DNA of 64,000 nt, taken from Eledone cirrhosa. Lineage: Eukaryota. Positions 54,825 through 64,000 of this stretch are shown here, one piece after another. The DNA is taken from NCBI GenBank assembly GCA_964016885.1, contig OZ024750.1, positions 18,910,001-18,974,000 of the forward strand, read 5' to 3'. Below the pieces are notes generated by a model that did not search any database, had not been told where the DNA came from, and was given only the letters and a program-made list of their open reading frames with translations. Each line of letters opens with the position of its first letter. The first letter of the stretch is position 1. A program made the translations under genes and the position numbers.

Positions 54825-56788
54825 AATAATAATAATAATAATAATGAAATTATTGTGTACAGTGCTCAGGTGCACTACAACTCATCAAAGGTGCATGTAT
54901 AGTACATAGAATAATGTACAAATGTCAGGAAAATGAACAGTATATGAGTCATGATATAATAATAATAACAATAATGAAATATTGTGTACAGTGCCCAGGT
55001 GCACCACAACTCATCAAAAAAGTGCATGTACAGTACATAGGGCAATGCACAAACATCAGTAAAATGAACAGTGCACCAGTCATGATACACACGTGTGCAT
55101 GAGCATGGAAGGGGTACATCAGGTGTAGTTTTGGCGTATTTCGGGAAGCATGAGTGTCTTAAAGGATGCAGTGTCTCGGCAGCTAACAATTGATGCAGGC
55201 AGTTTGTTCCATGCTTCAGCAACTCTGAGCGTGAAAAAATGTCTACGAAAGTCATGGGAGCTGTGCTGTTTTCTGATCTTGTAGGCATGTCCACGTGTGT
55301 TAGACACATGGAGATCAAAGAGGCGCTCAGGGTTGCAATTGGCGAGATGGTTAAAAACTTTGTGGGTATTCACCAAGTCCATTGCCAGACGTCGGAGCTT
55401 CAATGAATCCATGCCCAGGGAAGCAAGGCGTTCAGAGTATGGTAGGTGTCTGATGGAGGGTATACGCTTGGTTGCACGTCTCTGAACAGTTTCCAGGAGG
55501 TCAATGTTCTGAGCAAGATAGGGGTTCCAGACTGATGATGCGAATTCCAAGTGTGGTCGCACCATAGCTGTATACAGTTTTAAATAGATGGCTGGAGAGC
55601 GGCTAACAAAGGTCTTGCTGAGTGATGCCAAGACACCCTCGGCCTTCTTGACAATCTTAGAGACATGCTTTGTCCAACGCAAATCGTTGCTGACAGTAAT
55701 GCCCAGGTCACATTCACAAGAGGACTTTTTGATATCAGTGTTGTGGAGGGAGTATGTGGACGCTGGATTTTTCCTTCCAAAATGCATGGTGGTACACTTG
55801 TCCACAGCCAGCTCCAGTTGCCAGTCTGTGATCCATTGTTGCATTGTGTCCAGGTCTGATTGTAGGAAAGAGTTGTAAATTTCAGGATCAGTCCTTTTGA
55901 TTTCAAGGTACAGCTTGATGTCATCTGCATATTTTAGTACCGTGGCATTCTGTAAGTTGGCATCTATGTCATTAATATATGCCACAAACAAAAGAGGACC
56001 AAGAACAGATCCCTGTGGTACACCAGATGACATCTCATATGGTGAAGAATGCTGTCCTAGAACCGTGACTACTTCTTTTCGGCTGAGAATGAAGGATTTC
56101 AACCAGTTGAAAAGATCATCCCTCACATCCATTGCAGAGAGTTTTGCCATAAGTCTTTTGTGTGGCACAGAATTAAAAGCCTTAGCAAAGTCAAGGTAAA
56201 CAACATCCATCCATGAGCCGCTGTCAGTGATCCGGGTGATGTCCTCAAGGAACTCGATAAGCTGATCACAGCAGCTGGAGTTAGGGATAAATCCAAACTG
56301 TGAGGGCCGGATGAGACTGTGAGAGCTCCAGAAGTTCCAAAGTGTTTCTCTGACACAGGATTCCATCAGTTTGGCCATACAGCTAGTAAGACTGACTGGA
56401 CGATAGTTGACAGGTGACATGCGGTTGCCCTTTTTGAACAGGGGAATGACACTGGCAGTTTTCCACTGCTCCGGAGTAGCACCATTGTTGAGACAGTATT
56501 GAAAGAAGAAAGAAAGCTGGCGCAAAAGGAAATACCCACCACGTTTGAGAAGCAGGTATGTCACACCATCAAGACCAGGGGAGGCATAGTTGCGCTTATT
56601 CTTAAGGTGACGTCGCAACATTGCAGGTGTAAATTCCATAGTTGTTATGGAATTTGATGTTAGAGATGGTGGAGATGGTACATTCTGGTTTTCAACAGTA
56701 AAAATACTTGCATAGCACTCAGCAATGAGTTCTGCGCATTCCTTGGGATCGTCAGTGATCTGGCTTGTGTGGCGATTGCGAAGAGGTG
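54825..56788 (-). mobile_element. 5'-truncated CR1/L2-group LINE with intact RT ORF (55119 to about 56788)
   Basis: NYRPVSLTS, YLDFAKAF, GVPQGSVLGPLLF, KYADD, RPHLEFASSVW and TRGH motifs; no stops over about 555 codons; duplicated 3' UTR segment and (TTA)n tail; no APE domain. Confidence 0.93.
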
Positions 56789-57177
56789 GACAGTTTTGTT
56801 CCACTTGAGGCGCGATTGGTAGGGAGACCTTGTCTTGCTCATACAGAACTGTCCCTGGCAGGTTTTTTATGGATGCATGCCCTTCCTAACACCAACCACA
56901 TTTACAGTGTGAACTGGGAACCTTTTTACCGTGTCTCCTACACGACCACTTTACAGTGTGGACTGGGTGCTTTTTGTCGTGTCACCTACACAACCACTTT
57001 ACAGTGGACAGAAATGGGAGGATGGAGTAGGGTTTGTTATCAGGATAGCATGGGATTAGAATTGATAGAAAATTATTGAAGTACAAACTTTAAATTAAAT
57101 TACTCTAAATTAATCTTTCTGATATCAAATGACCTGAAACCACGCAAGATTCTATGATACAAACCTATTTGTTTTAA

Positions 57178-57444
57178 CCCTTTAGCATTTAAACCGGCCA
57201 TATCTGGCCAGAATTCTCTCACCTCTTTCTCTTCAAACTGGCTTTAACCAACCATTCATACTTTAAGGATTAACATTACTGGTACTTTATTTTATCGACC
57301 CCATAAGGATGAAAGGTAAAGTTAACCTTGGCAGGATTTAATTAAAAAGTTGACTTACTAAATCCCAATAAATTCTTGATTATTTTCAACATTATCTAAA
57401 AATCATAGGCAATGTCTTTCATTAGAAATATGACACCAAAAGGG
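57178..57444. mobile_element. piggyBac-type MITE containing a SINE fragment
   Basis: TTAA|CCCTTTAGCATTTAAACCGGCC ... AAAGGG|TTAA. Confidence 0.6.
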
Positions 57445-57542
57445 TTAAAGTATATATTTATCTAAAATATTTTATCCTAATTTTATGTATGAATCTTTGT
57501 TAAGTTCCAAATACCAGCTTCATATTGAGAAACTTAGTTATA

Positions 57543-58261
57543 CAAGTTCACAATCTTTTATCCAAAATTCCGAAAACTGAAAAGCTCTGAAAAGCGGACA
57601 TATTTTCCAGGATGTTGTCTACACACACAAAAACCCAGGTGATGCAGTTGTGTATCTGTGCTCCTACCAGTCAGAAGCATGCCACTTCTGCTGGTCACGG
57701 ATTTTTTGTTTATTTTTTGCTGATTTTTTTTTATTTTGAAGACTGTGAAAATGTCAAAAGGGCTGCAGATTCCTCTATGGTTAACAGAAGCAGAAAAGGA
57801 AGCGTCTGTCATTATCAATAGCACAGAAAGTAGAGTTATTACAGCAGCTTGATCGTGGTGTATCTGTGTGACATCTACCCTCTTCTAGTTAGTTTGTGCT
57901 TTTACTGCATGTAAATATATTTTCATGTGTTTAGCTTAGTTTGAGCCAGTTTATGTTTAAAGCTTTACTTAATGTTTGATCTTTTTTTAAAAATTATTTA
58001 TTCGGGGGATTGAAGAATCCCCGAGCTAGGCCACCTAAGTCCATGTAGCCTCGCTAGGGTGACAAGAGAGTGCTACCTTCCTCACTAAGTAACTGCCGGG
58101 ATCGAGACACAAACTCGAGACCTTGTGTCCATACCACTGAGCCACCTTGTCCCCTGTAATGTTTTATCGAAAAGACTTTAAAATCTATGCTAAAAATCTT
58201 CCATTCTGAAATCTGAAAAGAGTCTGGTCCCAAGGTTTTTGGATAAGAGATTGTGAACCTG
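57543..58261 (+). mobile_element. Internally deleted Tigger/pogo transposon
   Basis: TIRs CAAGTTCACAATCTTTTATCC/GGATAAGAGATTGTGAACCTG with TA TSD; remnant KRKRLSLSIAQKVELLQQLDRGVSV (CENP-B-type N-terminal HTH) near 57795-57870. Confidence 0.8.
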
Positions 58262-58307
58262 TATTAGTAAATCCATCCAAATTCTTATTATTTTAAAAAT
58301 TATGCAC

Positions 58308-58495
58308 TGGATTGGCAGTATCGGTAGAGGGTCGGGCGCCATGCTTTCCAGCATTGTTACGTCCCTTTACGATCTGAGTTCAAATCCCGTCGAGGTTAAC
58401 TTTGCCTTTCATCCTTACGGGATCGATAAAAGAATAAAGTACCAGTAATACACTGGGATAATTGCTGGCCTTGTGCCAAAAGTAGAAACAATTAT
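58308..58495 (+). mobile_element. Nin/Deu-like SINE
   Basis: Same family as 48226 and 50418; flanking ttattttaaaaattat duplication. Confidence 0.8.
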
Positions 58496-59293
58496 TTTAA
58501 AAATTATTTTAGAAATATGGTAACAAAGGGTTAAACATTCCTTTTTAGTGAAACATTTGGTGAGAGGGCATATTGTCACCGTGGTAACCAGAAAAGAAGA
58601 TAACAGACGTGGTATGGAAAACTGGTAAATGTAGAAAAATTTATGCCACCTTCAGCTAGTTATTTAACTATTAACATCCTGCACTGCATGAAATCACATT
58701 AATAAGACACCCTTGAAAGGTATAAAGTACAAAACAGCACTATTACTGCTTGACATTAAAAATTTAGTCTTTACTCTAATGCAACAAATTTGAAATAATA
58801 AATAGAATATAAACATTTAAATTAACAAATACACTTTTAGATATTTTCTACTAAATCATTACAGGAGTTAATACTAACTGACAAAAGCGTTCCACAGAAA
58901 AAGAAGCAATATTCTGTTGGTTTCTGTTGTATTAACGTCTATCAGGGAAAAGATGGGTGAAATAGCTTCGTCAAGCTTACAATCGTGAGGTTGTGAGTTC
59001 GATTCTCAGACCAGGCTTAACGTTGTGTTCTTGAGCAAGACACTTTATTTCACATTGCTCCAGTTCACTTGTCTGTAGCAATGAGTTGCGACGTCACTGG
59101 TGCCAAGCTGTATCGGCTTTAGCCTTTCCTTTGGATAGCATCAGTGGAGTGGAGACTGGTATACATGGGTGACTGCTGATCTTCCACAAACAATCATGCC
59201 CGGACTTGTGCCCCGGGGGGGGAACTTTCTAGGTGTAAATCCCATGATCATTCGTGACCGAAGGGGATCTTTACTTTATATATATATATATAT

Positions 59294-59640
59294 GGAGGCA
59301 CATGGCTTAGTGGTTAGAGCATTGGCCTTGCAATCGAAAGGTTGTGAGTTCAATTCTCAGACCGGGTGATGTGTTGTTTCCTTGAGCAAGACACTTCATT
59401 TCACATTGCTCCAGTTTACTCAGCTGTAGAAATGAGATGATAGGGACTCGGGTCCCTATCATTCCACTGCAAAGTGGACGTGTAGGTGCCACGGCAAAAA
59501 AGCACCCAGCACTCACTGTAAATGAGGTTGGTGTTAGGAAGGGCATCCAGCTGTAGAAATCAAGCCAGAATCAGTTCCCGTCCCACCCTTGCAAGCAGGG
59601 AAAAGTGGACGTAAAATGAAATGATGATGATGATGATGAT
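59294..59640 (+). mobile_element. Full-length CORE-like SINE
   Basis: Same family as 15574-15912. Confidence 0.85.
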
Positions 59641-59651
59641 ATATATATATT

Positions 59652-59685
<34 letters not shown>

Positions 59686-59690
<5 letters not shown>

Positions 59691-60276
59691 ATGAAAGTCG
59701 ATAGCTGTATAACAAAGTGCAGGGCAATAAAGATAGACGGTAGTCACGGAATAGGCAGACCTAGAAAAACCTGGGACGAGCTGATAAACTCCGACATCAC
59801 ACACTTCCACCTCTCCAAGACAATGTCACTGGACCGAGACCTTTGGCGGTACTCAGTAACAGAGAAGACCCGCCTTACCTAAATATATAGTAAAACCTAC
59901 TCCAGCCAGTAGGCATCTCTAACAAAATACACCCCGTCCCACCACCCCCACCCCCACCCCATCCACACCACCCCGTTCTATGTAAAGTTATGTTGGTGCC
60001 GCGCCATCGAGGCCGAAACAAATGAGATCGTGTAGGTGTCACGACAAAAAACACACAGTCCACGCTGTAATGTGGCCGTGTAGGCAACACGGTAAAAACC
60101 TCCCAGACCCACACTGTAAATGTGGTTGGTGTTAGGAAGGGCATCCAACTGTAGAAAACCTGCCAGACAGTCCTATGCGAGCAAGACAATCACTCTTGCC
60201 TCAAGTGGGACTACCCCCATCCAAACCCATGCAAGCGTGGAACACGGACGTTAAACGTTGATGATGATGATGATGA
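59686..60276 (+). mobile_element. RTE LINE 3' end with 3' UTR
   Basis: MRMKVDSCITKCRAIKIDGSHGIGRPRKTWDE...; UTR ends in (ATG)n. Confidence 0.8.
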
Positions 60277-60292
60277 TATATATATATATATA

Positions 60293-60430
60293 GCAAAGAA
60301 AGTGTGGTAAGAAACCAGGTGAACCATAACGCACCAGAGTACTCGATACTTAGGGTAGTAGAGTGGGAAAAGAGTCAGGACCCCGACGGCTGAGCTCCAG
60401 ACGTTTCGACAGCTAGATCCGAACGTAAAT
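60293..60430 (-). mobile_element. Family A copy 3 (no fold-back arm)
   Basis: Reverse complement reads gtcGAAACgtctggagctcagccGTCggggtc...ccactctactaccctaagtatcgagtactctggtgcgttatgg. Confidence 0.65.
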
Positions 60431-60435
60431 GAATG

Positions 60436-60466
<31 letters not shown>

Positions 60467-60975
60467 TTATTTACGTTTAGTGCTTCAGCACTGGATAGAA
60501 CTGGTCATTCCGTTTAGTTAACCATGATGTAATAGGAGGAAAAGCACTCTACGTTACACAACTCCGAATCAAATATTTTTTAATACCGTGTGTATAATAA
60601 ATAAATAAATATTAGCTCTTCTATTAGACATGGTAGAGTCATATTTGTACGTCTGTCGAGTTACGCCCGAAACGTCATCTGCTGGCTTTTTCCACATCTG
60701 CCGAGCATTAAACTAACATTCCTTCAATATGTTTGCGTGTGTATATGCGTGCGTGCAGTGTGTGTGTGTGTGTGTTTAATGGTGATTTAGTGTTTTGTAA
60801 TTGATTAATTAATAGAAGAAATCGAAGTCGTGACATTAGTGAGAACGTTTCTTAGAGTTGTCACATTTCGCCATTTTATTAATTTACCATTTTATTTAGC
60901 TTATATCACAGCAGTGAGAGTTCTAGTTTATATCAGAAAATCACGGAGTGCAAATTACTTCTACGATTGTACTAC

Positions 60976-61073
<98 letters not shown>

Positions 61074-61176
61074 ACAAGTTGGTCCTCAGTGACCAACGAA
61101 AGGTGCGTATTTGGTATGAAACAATTGTAGTAACTGGTCTGAATAAGTCTCTCTCTCTTTCTCTCTCTCTCTCTCT

Positions 61177-61338
<162 letters not shown>

Positions 61339-61949
61339 TAGTATGTGTTGGTTGTTTATCGACGCCCCAGTATACAGGTTAAAGCACTCAACGAACTGCG
61401 CAGGTTGGTCTGTTTATTCCGGTGTAATGTAAAAACAAGAAGTGTAAGTCAACAGGGTAAAATTAGATTCCTTTATTCATATTCGCTGTTATACATATTT
61501 CAATGATAGTCATTATTCAACAGTTATGACCTCATCAAGCAGTAAGAAATTGAACAGAAAAAAACAGGAAAACATAATTGTTTCTACTTTTGGCACAAGG
61601 CCAGCAAATTACCCAGTGTATTACTGGTACTTTATTTTATCGACCCCGTAAGGATGAAAGGCAAAGTTAACCTCGGCGGGATATAATGTTGTAATAGATT
61701 TTACCTTGTTAATTCATTGATATGCTCATTGATATACTCAGATCCAGAGTGTGATTAGTCCTCAAAGGAACTGAAAGCATATACTTTTTCCGACACACTA
61801 AACATTCTACCAATCAACCACCCTCTTCAATCGATAAAATAAAGTACGAGTGAAGTACTGGGGTAGAAATAATCGACTTTTCACTCCACGCCAAATTGCT
61901 GGCCTTGTGCCAATGTTAATAATAACAATAATAATAATGATAATAATAA

Positions 61950-62215
61950 CAATAATGCTTTCTTTATTAATCACAAGGGTTTACATAAAGTAGACATTAA
62001 GGACAGTACAGGACAATACAGGACGGTACAAATGGGCATTTCTGCGTGTAAAAAAAAACAGAGGATGTAATAAAAAATAACAATGAAAAATTCCCCAATA
62101 GGGGGGAGACTTCGGAGGGACATTTGTGGAGAAAGCCCATTAAAAGGCCACAGTGACCCTGACCACCAGGGCAAGTGCCCTCTCCCAGTTTTCCACCTTT
62201 AATTTACAGACACAT
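61950..62215 (-). mobile_element. Tx1/L1-like LINE 3' UTR fragment
   Basis: Near-identical to 40805-41077; (ATT)n tail. Confidence 0.65.
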
Positions 62216-62373
62216 AATGATAATAATAATAACAACAACAACAACAACACCAATAAATAATTATTCATCCTGTTTGGTTTTAATTTCCTTTAGTGTAAAA
62301 ACTGCTTGAAAAACTGCACCAACTTGTTTTCGTTTCTTTTTCAATACAGCAGTAAGGTGTAGCTATATTATAT

Positions 62374-62470
<97 letters not shown>

Positions 62471-62491
62471 CATATATACATACATACATAT

Positions 62492-62525
<34 letters not shown>

Positions 62526-63300
62526 GTATTACTATGTATATACATTCATAGATATCTTTAAACCAGAATAATCCGCTGAGATTTTATATATTTTTACTTT
62601 TGCAGTATGTATGTGTGTGTGTATGTAAATATATATATGACTATACAAATATATGTAAAACTCACACGCACACACACACATATATATATATAAATCTACA
62701 TATATATGTATACTCTTTTACTCTTTTACCTGTTTCAGCCATCCGGCTGAGGCCATGCTGGGGCACCGCCCTTGTTGCTACACATTTTATCTCCAGCCTG
62801 TATAGGTTGGCCACTGGTGTAGGAGGGAGTTTGTTGCTGCTGCCCTTAGGTTTCCCTCGTGTCTTGCTGTGGGCTCATCCGGGATCCTGGATAACAAGGT
62901 GTCGAGATGTTTCTTAAAGACATCCACCTCCACGTCATGCAAGTCTCGCAGATGCCTCGGCAGCCAGTATGTGTAACAAAGTAAATTTACTTTTTAGTTA
63001 TAAGAAGTTAACGTAGCATTTGGCGTGAGTCTCTAAAATTAAACAGTGAGCATGAATGACGGCTAAAGAACCTCCCAGTTCCACTCATCTAACGGTTCCC
63101 CACCTTCTAAGACTGTCAGACCAAAACACACAAACACACAGAACGAAGCAGAAAAATAAAGAACAGAAAAGTCGATGTAAAATATCAGCTGGTTGGCAAC
63201 AAAAGAACAGCAATGAAAATTAGACGTCTTCTGTACACACATACACACACATATACTTACACATATACTTACACATATACCCCCCCCACATACACACACA

Positions 63301-63366
<66 letters not shown>

Positions 63367-63418
63367 TATATTTATACTGTGTTTTGTTTGTTCATTTTCA
63401 ACTATATATATATATATA

Positions 63419-63625
63419 TAGGAAAATGTTCAAGACCTCGATGGCAGAGCTCAAGCCATTTCGACGGCTATTTCTGGACTATTTCAGTCCAGAAATAGCC
63501 GTCGAAACTGCTTGAGCTCTGCCGTCGGGGTCTTGAACATTTTCCTATTACCCACTCTACTACCCTAAGTATTGAGTACTCTGGTGTGTTATGGTCCACC
63601 TGGTCCCTTACCACGCTTCCTTCGT
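63419..63625 (+). mobile_element. Fold-back element, family A copy 4
   Basis: Arms of about 62 bp (63419-63480/63486-63547, about 4 mismatches), ATTTC loop, shared tail. Confidence 0.7.
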
Positions 63626-63644
63626 TTTATATATATATATATAT

Positions 63645-63825
63645 AAATGGCTTCTACAGGACTAGAACTGTTTCTTTCATTCGGGAGTAACCATCAGGCT
63701 TCCTGATGATTTCTCCCGAATGAAACAGTTCTAGTCCCGTAGAAGTCATTTCTATATTAAATATTTATACTCTGCTATGTATTGAGTACCTTACTGTGGT
63801 TACCCTCGGTTGAACCTGGGATAAA

Positions 63826-63828
<3 letters not shown>
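63645..63828 (+). mobile_element. Fold-back element, family B, with hammerhead core
   Basis: Arms 63645-63698/63702-63751; CTGATGA(63703)...GAAAC(63722)-agttcta-GTC(63734); tail shared with 26081. Confidence 0.6.
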
Positions 63829-63861
<33 letters not shown>

Positions 63862-64000
63862 AAAAATTAGCAAACCACATTTGAGGACACACTTTTCCCC
63901 GAACTGATTTTTAACCCGCGTATGTTTGCGGTGAGAACGGAAGTGTATATGAGGTGACTGGATTCTGCACGACGATGACTGAAGTTTGGTGACAAGGGGG

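Noticed and set aside
60420-60492. Possible 5' hammerhead half for the 60293 copy (hairpin split by (TA)n, CTGAAGC)
   Set aside because: Core mismatch and no stem I partner for ggggtc.
63063-63365. Minus-strand ORF ending ...GGEPLDEWNWEVL
   Set aside because: Starts in (GA)n/(GT)n; no recognisable homology or clear splice sites.

Overview
AT-rich, microsatellite-saturated eukaryotic DNA; the repeat repertoire suggests a coleoid cephalopod such as Octopus (inference, not proven). One protein-coding gene can be assembled by hand: a 14-exon + strand TXNDC11 (EFP1) orthologue from about 245 to 51443. All introns are GT-AG with consistent phases, the protein is about 982 aa with WCTRS and WCGFC thioredoxin motifs, and the last intron is about 25.8 kb. 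The rest is transposon-derived: tRNA-derived SINEs, RTE, CR1/L2, Tx1/L1-like and R4/NeSL-like LINE pieces, DNA-transposon MITEs and mini/microsatellites. The most striking unexplained signal is a recurring set of short, mostly (TA)n-anchored elements carrying hammerhead-ribozyme cores or half-cores, often locked into copy-specific fold-back palindromes; these are probably Penelope-like pseudo-LTR relics. Several long inverted repeats would also form dsRNA in the pre-mRNA, and one pair brackets an in-frame exon 3-6 block. Repeat boundaries are approximate, and family names come from remembered motifs rather than database searches.
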